Program-made: the position numbers and the translations under genes
DNA from: a virus
Direction: 5' to 3' (one strand)
Length of the DNA stretch: 64,000 nt
IMG/VR virus record: IMGVR_UViG_3300011988_000002
Span: 1 to 64,000 of that record
Notes under the pieces: model-generated
Database searches by the model: none
Seen by the model: only the letters and a program-made list of their open reading frames with translations
What the model was told of the DNA's origin: nothing
In this document: positions 9,597 through 18,643 of the stretch, one piece after another
Position numbering within the stretch: position 1 is the stretch's first letter
Layout: every line of letters starts with the position of its first letter

Positions 9597-10269
9597 ACTT
9601 AACTAAAATATCATTCACTAGAACATATTGCTCATTTTCTTTTCCATAAAACTTATTATCTATTGGATTTATATTAAAACATGCATAAATAACAGGTGGC
9701 ATACCTTCAGTAAATCTAACTACATTTTCTACAGTAAGAAGCTTAACCTTTTTAGTATCGTTATTCATTGCAAGTATTCTCATTCCAGGATATAGTTTAT
9801 GTATCTTAATGCTTACAAATCTGTCTCTTGATATGATGTATTCTCTAAATTTATCAATACTATCTACATATGTAGGAACTCTAAATTCAAGTTTATTAGA
9901 TGTTTGACTTTTAGTAATCTCACATGTAGCCTCGTCAAGACTAGTTGCTTTTCCTTCATAAAGTAAAACTTCATGGTTTGGTATACCAAAAAGTCTAACA
10001 TCTTTATCTTCAACAAATTCAACCATATAAGATATATAAAGAGTCATTACTTTTATACTATCTGTAAACTCCCCTACGTGTGAGCCAAGTTGATTTACCC
10101 TAATGTCAGATAGTTTTAATACCTCAGGTTTAGGCATTTGTATGTGGTCAATTTTTATCATATCACCTCTTTTAGTTTTATCAAGCCAAGTACTAAGTAA
10201 ATCTTTAGTAGAAACCTTTTCTCCATTATTAATACTAAGTTTGCTGTTGTCTAATTCAATTATAAACAT
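9571..10269 (-). CDS. hypothetical protein (232 aa)
   Basis: ORF; a weak Hint-like C-terminal pattern was noted but not accepted. Confidence 0.6.
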   Translation of the reverse strand: MFIIELDNSKLSINNGEKVSTKDLLSTWLDKTKRGDMIKIDHIQMPKPEVLKLSDIRVNQLGSHVGEFTDSIKVMTLYISYMVEFVEDKDVRLFGIPNHEVLLYEGKATSLDEATCEITKSQTSNKLEFRVPTYVDSIDKFREYIISRDRFVSIKIHKLYPGMRILAMNNDTKKVKLLTVENVVRFTEGMPPVIYACFNINPIDNKFYGKENEQYVLVNDILVKYGGDFNGI

Positions 10270-10327
10270 TTTATTTCCTCCTTTTCTAATCAGTTATTTA
10301 AGTTTGATTCACCTTATTATATTTACT

Positions 10328-10360
10328 TAAGAAAAAATAAACAGGGAATTAACCCTGTTT
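10328..10360 (-). terminator. rho-independent terminator
   Basis: AAACAGGG-TTAATT-CCCTGTTT hairpin followed by a T-run on the minus strand. Confidence 0.6.
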
Positions 10361-10493
10361 ATCTTAACTAGCAAGATGTTTACACTTATTCATAAGTTTA
10401 AGTGTTTCAAGTGCTATCTTAAGTGTTTGTACTTTATTATTTTCTTCTTTTTCCATTATTTTTTCTACTTTGTTTTTAAAATTAGTCTTATCT

Positions 10494-10736
10494 TTATTCT
10501 TCATCATCAATCACCTCTGCAACTTCTGCATCTTTATCCTCTATTAGAACTCTACTTGGTGTAGAATCATCTCTTTTTGAACTAAATGCAGCTCTAAGTT
10601 CAGCATCTTCTGCAAGTAGTGCTCCTAATCCAAATTTAACTATGTTATACCAAGGTGTTTTTGTAATATCGATATCTTTCTTTTCAACTCTTTTTTCATC
10701 ATATGTCGCTAGTTCATTACAATATTTCTCATTCAT
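10494..10736 (-). CDS. hypothetical acidic protein (80 aa)
   Basis: ORF. Confidence 0.5.
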   Translation of the reverse strand: MNEKYCNELATYDEKRVEKKDIDITKTPWYNIVKFGLGALLAEDAELRAAFSSKRDDSTPSRVLIEDKDAEVAEVIDDEE

Positions 10737-10984
10737 ATTAATAACCCCCTTAAAAATGTAAACTTCATCCTAGTTATAAATTCATTCTTCTCAATATCAC
10801 TAAGTATACCTTTCTTCTCTTTCTTAATTAACATATTGCACTCTTTTATCAATTCATCAATTGACTCAACGTGTTCAGTAAGATTCTTTAACTTTAAATC
10901 ATAATATTCATCAATGTCATTAACCTCTGCTACCTTTATACGTTTATATACTTCTATTCTTTTATTTCTTGACCTAACCTCCAT
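10733..10984 (-). CDS. hypothetical protein (83 aa)
   Basis: ORF with stop and start overlaps to its neighbours. Confidence 0.5.
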   Translation of the reverse strand: MEVRSRNKRIEVYKRIKVAEVNDIDEYYDLKLKNLTEHVESIDELIKECNMLIKKEKKGILSDIEKNEFITRMKFTFLRGLLI

Positions 10985-11190
10985 TATTCCTCCTGTTTTA
11001 ATTCTCCTTGATGTGCTCTTATTATAGATTCTCTATAAATGTTATAAAATAAAGTTAACCAATCAAAATTTTGTAAAGTATTTCTATTTATAAATTCTAT
11101 CTCTTTTATTTTTAAACTAAAAGAAGACTCATATATAATTGCAGGTAAATTTCTTTTATTTTCTTTATCCATTTTTACCATCCTTTTCAA
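10984..11190 (-). CDS. hypothetical protein (68 aa)
   Basis: ORF. Confidence 0.45.
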   Translation of the reverse strand: MKRMVKMDKENKRNLPAIIYESSFSLKIKEIEFINRNTLQNFDWLTLFYNIYRESIIRAHQGELKQEE

Positions 11191-11818
11191 GCATATCTAT
11201 TAATAAATTATTACTATTTATAAAGAACTCAAAGTCTTTATAAGTTTGACTTCTGAAGTGCTTTAACATATCAGTTCCTTTAACTATAGCTGATTCTATA
11301 TATCTTCTAGTTACTATACACTCATCTGTACCAGTATAGTCCATTTTATCTTGAATACTTGATAGTTTTTGTAATATTACTCTTATTTTATAAGCAAAAG
11401 AATCTTCATTATAGTTTGGACTATACCCTCTATATAAACTATTAATTTCAAATAATATTGATTTAAATTTATTTATCTCTGGTTGTAATTTAGAGTAAAT
11501 AGAATCTAATTCTGTTTTATAAATGCTATAGATGTAGTCAACCCAAATGTTATCTGGAATATCTTTCTTATGTCTTTTAAATGGTCCTCTATACATATCA
11601 ATTAAGTTATTAATAACTAACTCTTGAGAATACAGTTTTTGACCAAGTTCTGAATTCTTTGGGTCTTTATACATAGAGCCTAATCTACCTTCTAAATAAA
11701 GATATCTTATTCTAGATATATGAATTCTTACATTCTCTAGTCTACTTATATCACAAACCTTGCCATAATCTTCAAATCTTTCTTTTTTAAAGAATTCTCC
11801 TGGTGTTCTGTAACTCAT
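11165..11818 (-). CDS. hypothetical protein (217 aa)
   Basis: ORF. Confidence 0.6.
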   Translation of the reverse strand: MSYRTPGEFFKKERFEDYGKVCDISRLENVRIHISRIRYLYLEGRLGSMYKDPKNSELGQKLYSQELVINNLIDMYRGPFKRHKKDIPDNIWVDYIYSIYKTELDSIYSKLQPEINKFKSILFEINSLYRGYSPNYNEDSFAYKIRVILQKLSSIQDKMDYTGTDECIVTRRYIESAIVKGTDMLKHFRSQTYKDFEFFINSNNLLIDMLEKDGKNG

Positions 11819-11820
11819 AA

Positions 11821-12228
11821 CTATACCTCCTTATTAAAGATAACATAAATTTCTTCACATATAACTTTAAACTCTCTAAATCTTTCATTGTACTCAACTG
11901 AACACTTATCAAGGTATTCTTTATTTTTATTATACATTTCAATATTCTCTTCTTCTGTTAAAATCTCTTCTCCACCATATACTTCTAGTATATTATTTGT
12001 AGTTGCTGCAAGTTTATCTCTAAATTCATTAATTCTATCTGCTAGTTTATCTAAATACTCTTTAGTAACATCACTTCTTTTAGATAATAAGTTATGACTA
12101 TTTATAAGTGTATTTCTAAGTATAAGAGATGTTTCAGCATAATCATCTGGACTTATATACTTACCTGTTTCTATAACACTTTCTTTACTCATTAAATAAT
12201 TTAATGCAAATCCGCCATTTTCTTTCAT
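11821..12228 (-). CDS. hypothetical protein (135 aa)
   Basis: ORF with Shine-Dalgarno AGGAGG upstream. Confidence 0.6.
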   Translation of the reverse strand: MKENGGFALNYLMSKESVIETGKYISPDDYAETSLILRNTLINSHNLLSKRSDVTKEYLDKLADRINEFRDKLAATTNNILEVYGGEEILTEEENIEMYNKNKEYLDKCSVEYNERFREFKVICEEIYVIFNKEV

Positions 12229-12243
12229 TTTATTCCTCCTACA

Positions 12244-12399
12244 TTATTTATTTTCTTTAGTTCTTTGTTTCTCCTCTTCGTCTAGCACTCTATTATAAAT
12301 AGCATTACTGCAAAACTGTTCAAATGTAATACTCTTTCTTTTACATATTTCATTTATTCTTTCAATTAAATTATCGCTCAATACTATCCTGTTATTCAT
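12244..12399 (-). CDS. putative ribbon-helix-helix (CopG or Arc-like) small DNA-binding protein (51 aa)
   Basis: Manual translation: MNNRIVLSDNLIERINEICKRKSITFEQFCSNAIYNRVLDEEE.... An AAGGAG Shine-Dalgarno sits 10 nt upstream. Its ATG overlaps the upstream stop as ATGA. Confidence 0.4.
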   Translation of the reverse strand: MNNRIVLSDNLIERINEICKRKSITFEQFCSNAIYNRVLDEEEKQRTKENK

Positions 12400-12659
12400 A
12401 TTCCATGCTCCTTCCATTTCTTAATCCAATATAATATGTCTGGTTTATCGTTATATAGTCTCTCTAAATATTCTTCTTCAGTTTCATCTGAATGTTTAGT
12501 ATTAGACGGATGTACACTAATAATATCTGGATTTAAATCATCTACAAACATAATCTCATCCTGTGTTCTAATTACTGTAATATGACCTGGACTTGGTCTT
12601 CTAAAATCTGTAAATCTTATTGTGAATTCATCATCGTCTTTATTAGTCAAATATCTCAC
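12396..12659 (-). CDS. hypothetical protein (87 aa)
   Basis: ORF. Confidence 0.5.
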   Translation of the reverse strand: MRYLTNKDDDEFTIRFTDFRRPSPGHITVIRTQDEIMFVDDLNPDIISVHPSNTKHSDETEEEYLERLYNDKPDILYWIKKWKEHGI

Positions 12660-12673
12660 CTCCTATGCGGAAC

Positions 12674-12709
12674 AAATTAAAAACGAGTAGGTTTTACCCT
12701 ACTCGTTTA
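12674..12709 (-). terminator. rho-independent terminator
   Basis: AACGAGTAGG-TTTTAC-CCTACTCGTT hairpin flanked by T-runs. Confidence 0.6.
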
Positions 12710-12714
12710 TTTTA

Positions 12715-14526
12715 CTAACTTATTCCTATAACTATATCATTTGCTTGTAAATCTATTCCTTTAACTCCAAGTGCAGACCTAGATACAAGTTTTATAGTGC
12801 TTGTATCACAAACTAAGCTTTTACCCATCTTAGTATATATAAGGATAGATTCCTCACTTGTCTTTCTTACCATTGCAACTATTCTGTTATTATGTTTAGT
12901 TTGTGTACATTTAACTCCTGCTCCATTTCTATTCTGTACTTTAAACTCATCTGGATTACATCTTTTAATATAACCCGATTCTGTTACAAATACAACAGGA
13001 GTATTACCATCAACTCTACACATAGAACTTACAAAGTCTTTTTCATCTTTATCAAGTTTTATACCACTAACTCCTACAGCTCCAATTCCAGTAGGTTTAA
13101 TTTCATTACTATCTATTCTTATACACATTCCATTATGTGTTGCAATGAGTATGTCTCTTTCTTTGGAGCTATCTGGAATTATAACTATATCAACTATCTT
13201 ATCAGCACTGTCAACACCAATTAAGTTCTTTCCATTTGCATTAATCTTTTTAAGATTTTTAAGGTCTGTTGATTTTACCATTCCTTTAACAGAACAGCTA
13301 ATAAGAGTTCCAAATTCATTATTATTTACAAATACAAGAACTATATTTTCACTGTCTCTAAGACTTAGTAAGTTTCTTGCAAGTGCTCCTCTTGCAAGTT
13401 TTGATACAGTATCAATCTCATAAGCTTTCTTAGTGTAAACCCTACCTTTAGAAGTTAAAAACACAAGTTGCTGTCTTGCTGTTACATTAAGAACTTGCTT
13501 TATTTCATCCCCTTCTAGTAAAGTTCCTACTGAGTTTCCTTTTCCTCCACGTCTTTGTTCTTTGTCAAGAGGTTCTGTACGTTTTATATAACCTTTTTGT
13601 GTCATTATAATAGTACATGGTTCATCAGGAATTGTATCCTCTTCTGTTATATCATCTCTTTTCTTTTGTATCTTTGTTTTACGTGTAAGATAAGGCTTTG
13701 CTTCTTTGATATTTCTTATATCTTCCCATTCCTTAATCATATACTCGTCTACATCTTTATTAGATTTAGTTCTTGTAAGTCTTGTAAGTGTTTTAATTCT
13801 TTCTTTTACATCTTTTTCCTCTTCTCTTGCATCACTCATATTAAGCTTTGTAAGTCTTGCAAGTTTAAGGTCTAGTATATACTGAGCTTGAGCTTCAGAT
13901 AACTTAAAAGACTTCATAAGTTCTTCTCTTGCAGAAGATGTATCTTTTGCATTGCGAATAATCTTTACGGCTCTGTCTATATCTTTAGTAACTATAAATA
14001 AACCTTCAAGTATATGAAGTCTGTCTTCATTTTTCTTAAGTTCTATCATAAACTTATTATGAAGACAAGTTTCCCTAAAAGAAATAAATGAACTCATGAT
14101 ATCTTTTATATTAACTTTCTCTTTAAACTTACCATTCACAAGTAAGTTATGTAAAGGTTTTAGCACTTTCTCAAAAGGAGTTTTATGTATAAGAAGAGAA
14201 ACTACTCTGTCTATAGTTTCTCCTTTTGCTAAATCTATACATATTCTAATACCACCTTTTTGAGTAGTCTCATCTCTTATGTCTTTTATATTGAGCTCCC
14301 CGTTATCAACTAATGTTCCAACAGCAATAGTTATATCTGGTATTTTAGTATTATAAGGAATAGAAGTAATAACTAGTCTTTCATTACCTTTACTATCCTT
14401 TTCTACTTTATATTCACCTCTTACTCTTACATATCCATCACCACTTGTATAACATCTTTTAAGTCCGTCTGTTCCATTTATAATACCCCCTAATGGAAAG
14501 TCAGGACCTTTTATTATTTCATACAT
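12715..14526 (-). CDS. gyrA: DNA gyrase / topoisomerase IV subunit A homolog, C-terminal part (from the GPDFP motif onward)
   Basis: The motifs MYEIIKGPDFPLGG and AQYILDLKLARLTKL are colinear with GyrA. It is in the same frame as the upstream fragment, separated from it by a single TAA. Confidence 0.8.
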   Translation of the reverse strand: MYEIIKGPDFPLGGIINGTDGLKRCYTSGDGYVRVRGEYKVEKDSKGNERLVITSIPYNTKIPDITIAVGTLVDNGELNIKDIRDETTQKGGIRICIDLAKGETIDRVVSLLIHKTPFEKVLKPLHNLLVNGKFKEKVNIKDIMSSFISFRETCLHNKFMIELKKNEDRLHILEGLFIVTKDIDRAVKIIRNAKDTSSAREELMKSFKLSEAQAQYILDLKLARLTKLNMSDAREEEKDVKERIKTLTRLTRTKSNKDVDEYMIKEWEDIRNIKEAKPYLTRKTKIQKKRDDITEEDTIPDEPCTIIMTQKGYIKRTEPLDKEQRRGGKGNSVGTLLEGDEIKQVLNVTARQQLVFLTSKGRVYTKKAYEIDTVSKLARGALARNLLSLRDSENIVLVFVNNNEFGTLISCSVKGMVKSTDLKNLKKINANGKNLIGVDSADKIVDIVIIPDSSKERDILIATHNGMCIRIDSNEIKPTGIGAVGVSGIKLDKDEKDFVSSMCRVDGNTPVVFVTESGYIKRCNPDEFKVQNRNGAGVKCTQTKHNNRIVAMVRKTSEESILIYTKMGKSLVCDTSTIKLVSRSALGVKGIDLQANDIVIGIS

Positions 14527-14529
14527 AGC

Positions 14530-15141
14530 TTATGTTGTAATACTTCTGTTTTTTATATATTCTATACATAAATTTATTACATCATTAAGGTTATGTGGTA
14601 AAAAAGATGCTGCAAATCCAACTCCTATACCAATGTTTCCATTTATTAATATATCTGGTAAAATTTCTGGAAAATAAAGAGGCATAAGTAAACTATCATC
14701 ATAATTAGGAATATACTCTACAACATCTTTTGCTAAATCTTTAAGTATTATCTTTTCTGTATACCAATTTAATTTACACTCAGTATATCTTTTATCAGCC
14801 TCTTGGTCTGCTGAGATAGAACCAAAATTTCCATTTGGTGATATATAAGGTATATTCATAGAGAAATCTTGTGCCATATTTACAAGTGTTCCATATGCAG
14901 ATGAGTCACCATGTGGATGATATTTACCTATGACTTCTCCGACTATTCTTGCAGATTTTACAAAAGGACCATTATAACTTACCTTTAAATCGTGCATAGC
15001 ATATAAAACTGCAAGTGATGATGGCTTTTGATTATCTTCAATATTAGAAATTGCTCTTCCTTGTATAACCATTCTAGCATAGTCTATATAACTTTCAGAA
15101 AGGTCATCTATTATATCTTTCTCTTCTATAATTGCAGCCAT
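14530..15141 (-). CDS. gyrA: DNA gyrase / topoisomerase IV subunit A homolog, N-terminal fragment with the catalytic tyrosine
   Basis: VLYAM, GKYHPHGDSSAYGTLVNMAQ and the active-site block DKRYTE (Tyr) are present. It ends ...IEYIKNRSITT then TAA. A GGAGGA Shine-Dalgarno lies upstream. Confidence 0.8.
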   Translation of the reverse strand: MAAIIEEKDIIDDLSESYIDYARMVIQGRAISNIEDNQKPSSLAVLYAMHDLKVSYNGPFVKSARIVGEVIGKYHPHGDSSAYGTLVNMAQDFSMNIPYISPNGNFGSISADQEADKRYTECKLNWYTEKIILKDLAKDVVEYIPNYDDSLLMPLYFPEILPDILINGNIGIGVGFAASFLPHNLNDVINLCIEYIKNRSITT

Positions 15142-15144
15142 CTT

Positions 15145-15308
15145 TTATCCTCCTATAATCATTTCTTTTCTCATTTTAGTATCTTTACCCATAATTCCAG
15201 ATATTACTTCATCTGTCTTAGATTTATCTTTCATTGTGATTTTTACAAGTCTATAAGAACTTCTATCTAAAGTAGTTTCATACAAATCTTTTGGGTTCAT
15301 TTCTCCTA
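15145..15308 (-). CDS. gyrB: DNA gyrase subunit B homolog, exon 2 (C-terminal 54 codons)
   Basis: After splicing it reads (L)GEMNPKDLYETTLDRSSYRLVKITMKDKSKTDEVISGIMGKDTKMRKEMIIGG, colinear with the GyrB C-terminus GLGEMNPEQLWETTMDP... Confidence 0.75.
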
Positions 15309-15607
15309 CGAATAGTATGCTAATTTTTTAATCACATCTACCCCGACTATATCTTCACCTCTATTAGAGGGTACACCATTTCTTATTACATGAGTGCAAT
15401 TAACTCAAAACCTTATCTTCTATAAGGAAATCTACTCTTGTTATATATCTCTACATAACCGCCTAGTCTGTGAACGTTAAATTATACTTCTATAAAGTCT
15501 TCGCTACTGATTATTCATTTAGGCAACACTTTGGTATCCTAAAGACCTCCCAGTATAAAAATGTATTATTCCAAAACATCACTGTTTTTCGGGGCTAGTT
15601 TTCGTCA
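15309..15607 (-). mobile_element. Group I self-splicing intron (299 nt, no ORF) in gyrB
   Basis: Exon 1 ends AAAGGGU and the intron ends ...CUAUUCG. It has an R-like element GUUCACAGACUAG and an S element AAGAUAUAGUCGG. The internal guide sequence CUAGCCC pairs with GGGU to form P1 and with UAG of exon 2 to form P10. Unspliced read-through stops at TGA after 9 codons. Confidence 0.8.
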
Positions 15608-17348
15608 ACCCTTTGAAACGAGTTACCATAAAATTTGTAATTCCTTTATCTTTAAGCTCTTTTACATACCTATCTTTATCATTATCTGTATCAAAGTAAG
15701 TTATTTTCTTACCTTGTATTACTCTATACAGAGGTGGACATGCTGAATAAAGTTTTCCTTCTTGTATTATCTCTGGCATTAATCTAAAGAAAAGAGTAGT
15801 AAGTAATGTACGAATATGTGAACCGTCTAAATCTCGATCGGTCATAATTATAATTTTACCATATCTCATTTTTTTAATGTCAAATGTATCTAAATATCCT
15901 GCACCTATAGCATTTATTATAGAACGAACCTCTTCATTCTTTAATATCTCTACCAAATCTTTCTTTTCAACATTTGCTATTTTACCTCTTATTGGAAGTA
16001 TAGCTTGATGAGTTACATCTCTACCTTGCTTAGCACTCCCAGCTGCTGAATTTCCTTCACAAATTAGAAGCTCTCTATCTTCTACTTTAGTATGACTTGA
16101 GCAATCTGCAAGTTTGCCTTTAAATTTATCAACCATACTTTTCTTAGTATCAGAATTTGCATCTTTTATTTTACGTATTTCTTCTCTTTGCTTTCTGGTT
16201 TTCATAATCCTATTAAGTATTATATTTGCTTCTTTAGGATTATCTGTTAGATATAGCTCAAGTGCACTATAAGTGCTACTGCTCACCATACCTACAAGCT
16301 CTGGATTATTTACCTTTGCTTTAGTTTGACCTTCAAACTCAGGTTTACCCATTTTAACAGATACAACTGCCATAAGACCTTCAAGAACCTCACTACCTTC
16401 AAAGTTTTGGTCCTTATCTTTAAGGAAACCTGTGTCTCTTGCAATCTTATTTATAACTCTTGTAAGACCTGTTCTAAAACCTTGCTCATGAGTACCTCCA
16501 TTTATCATACGAAGATAGTTTACATAAGACCTTATGTTATCTTGTGATTTATCATGATAAGCAAGAACTATTTCTACTTTATCAGTTCCTTCTCCTTCTT
16601 TTGCTGGACCTTCTCCTGTAAAATAGAAAGGTTTGCAAATAAGACTACGTTCTGTTTCTTTTGCTATTTTATCAAGAAGTTCTGTTATTCCTCCTTTTGA
16701 ATAAAATACTTGTTGCTCTCCAGTACGTTCATCAGTAACTGTAAACTTAAGTCCACGAGTTATATAAGCAGCTCCTAAACAGAAATCGCATATTTGGTTA
16801 AATTTAAACTCTTGTGTTGCTTTAAATATCTTTGGACTTGGTTTAAACTTAACTATAGTACCTGTATCTAGTGATTTACCAATTTCTTCAACTGGTGTAA
16901 GTACCTTACCAAAGGAATATCTTTGTCTAAATACCTTTCCTTCACGATGTACCGTAACTATTGCATCGTCTGATAAAGCACAAACTGCTTTACATCCAAT
17001 TCCATGAAGTCCAATACTATGTCCATAAGTAGAATTATCAAGTTTTCCTGTTGAGTTCATAACTGTAAATAGAACTTGTAGTGTTGGTATTCCGTATTTT
17101 TTGTGTGGAGCTACTGGAATACCTCCTCCATTATCTTCAATTGAGATATATCCATCTTTTGTAATAACTACATTTATATCAGTACAAACACCCCTTGCAT
17201 ATTCATCTATTGAGTTTGAGATGATTTCTATTGCAAGATGATGAAGCCCAATATTATCTGTATTCCCTATATACATAGCTGGACGAAGTTGAAGTGGTTC
17301 TAACCCTTCCATTACCTCAATTGCATCTGCTGAGTAAGATTTACTCAT
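15608..17348 (-). CDS. gyrB: DNA gyrase subunit B homolog, exon 1 (ATPase, transducer and TOPRIM domains)
   Basis: Motifs HLAIEIISNSIDE, EGNSAAGS, PIRGKI and IMTDRDLDGSHI are present, and it ends at RFKGL, part of the KGLGEM motif. Confidence 0.85.
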
Positions 17349-17361
17349 TTATATACCTCCT

Positions 17362-17805
17362 TTATTTTGAGCTTAGTTCAACTGATTCTAGATATTTTAT
17401 ATATTTATCTAGTTGTGCTTTTACTTCGGAAACTCTTTCTTCTTCTACAAGATAATAAAAAGAAACCTTCTCTCTTGTAATTTTTTGATTTCTAGTCTCA
17501 TCATAGTAATCATAAATATTATGAATTGGTTGATAAGCTAGAGTAAGATGAAGTCTTATAAATTCTTTAAGCATTGCATTTATTTTATCTGTAATACAGA
17601 ATTTAGAATTTCCACTTGCATAAAGTGTGCCTTTAACAGACACACTTTGAATAAGTTTTCTTACTTTTGGTTTAAACTCTTTTTCCTTTTGATATAATGT
17701 TTTCTCTCTTTCTTGTTTAACACCAAACTTTCTAGGGTCAAGTTCACGTTTTATGTTCTTAGTTCCCTTTCCGATGTTAAATTTTCCTTCTTTCTTTGCG
17801 TACAT
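17362..17805 (-). CDS. hypothetical basic protein (147 aa)
   Basis: ORF. Confidence 0.55.
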   Translation of the reverse strand: MYAKKEGKFNIGKGTKNIKRELDPRKFGVKQEREKTLYQKEKEFKPKVRKLIQSVSVKGTLYASGNSKFCITDKINAMLKEFIRLHLTLAYQPIHNIYDYYDETRNQKITREKVSFYYLVEEERVSEVKAQLDKYIKYLESVELSSK

Positions 17806-17821
17806 AACTAATCTCTCCTTT

Positions 17822-18643
17822 TTATATTAATGTTTTTAGATTGCTAATAAGTGTTTTGTGTATTGCTTTATATGCAAAAGCAACTACGTCTTCTTTATAA
17901 ACTCTTACAACTGAGGTAAATGTTGTATACTCCTTAGTATGTTTAACTCTTGTTAAATTAGAACTAAGGTCAGTTCCTATATCTCTTAACATTTCTTTTG
18001 AACTTGCAAGTAGTTCTTCTCTTGTATCTTCTATTCTTTTATCTTCAGCAAGTTTAATCTCTTCTGTTTTACATACAAGTAATGTTTCTTTTATAATATC
18101 TTTATTTCTATTATATGCTTTATTAAAATGCTGTTTAGTTCCAGCACCTGCATATGTATTATAGTACTTTTTCCATACTTCTGCCTTATCTTTACCATGT
18201 ATATTTACTTTCTTAGTTTCAACTACATATTTATAATAAAGTGCCATTGCAGCTACTGATGCTTTATGATTATGAGTTAGCTCATTAAAGCTTATCTTTT
18301 TGAAATCAATTCCATTTGCTTTAAGTTTTTCATAAGTTTCTTTATCTTTAAGAACTTGTTTTTTAATAAACTTAAAAGCAACTGGTGTTATTTGAGCTAT
18401 TCCATGTTTAGAACTTCCTTTATAAGCACCTAAATCTGTTTCTGCTGATAATGTACCAAGCATAATATCATTCCATTCATCATGATATGATTCAAATACT
18501 AACTTTGTAGTATCATAGACTATTTCTACAACTTTTTCTTTTTCTATTCCATAGTTTCTTAATTTAGCTGCCATAGAAGACAAGCTAAACAGCACAAATA
18601 TAATTCCTATAATTCTTTTCATATAAGTTTCTCCTTTATTCAT
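17822..18643 (-). CDS. predicted secreted protein or lipoprotein (273 aa)
   Basis: N-terminal signal-peptide-like segment MKRIIGIIFVLFSLSSMAAK. Confidence 0.6.
   Translation of the reverse strand: MNKGETYMKRIIGIIFVLFSLSSMAAKLRNYGIEKEKVVEIVYDTTKLVFESYHDEWNDIMLGTLSAETDLGAYKGSSKHGIAQITPVAFKFIKKQVLKDKETYEKLKANGIDFKKISFNELTHNHKASVAAMALYYKYVVETKKVNIHGKDKAEVWKKYYNTYAGAGTKQHFNKAYNRNKDIIKETLLVCKTEEIKLAEDKRIEDTREELLASSKEMLRDIGTDLSSNLTRVKHTKEYTTFTSVVRVYKEDVVAFAYKAIHKTLISNLKTLI

Noticed and set aside
9571-10269. Weak Hint-like blocks (GDMIKIDH; VIYACFNI...NKFYGKENEQYVLVND) suggesting an intein or Hint domain
   Set aside because: There is no N-terminal Cys/Ser nucleophile and no terminal HN. The ORF is not embedded in a host protein, and the resemblance is too loose.
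14527-14532. Alternative genetic code as the explanation for the in-frame stop in gyrA
   Set aside because: The codon is TAA, which is not reassigned in any known bacterial or phage code. All other genes terminate normally with TAA, TGA or TAG.
12892-16547. Several plus-strand ORFs (12892..13224, 13145..13423, 13555..13875, 15028..15270, 15561..15746, 16326..16547) inside the gyrA and gyrB coding regions
   Set aside because: They are antisense to strongly supported topoisomerase genes. Their composition is low-complexity F/I/L/S/C-rich, typical of antisense frames in AT-rich DNA.
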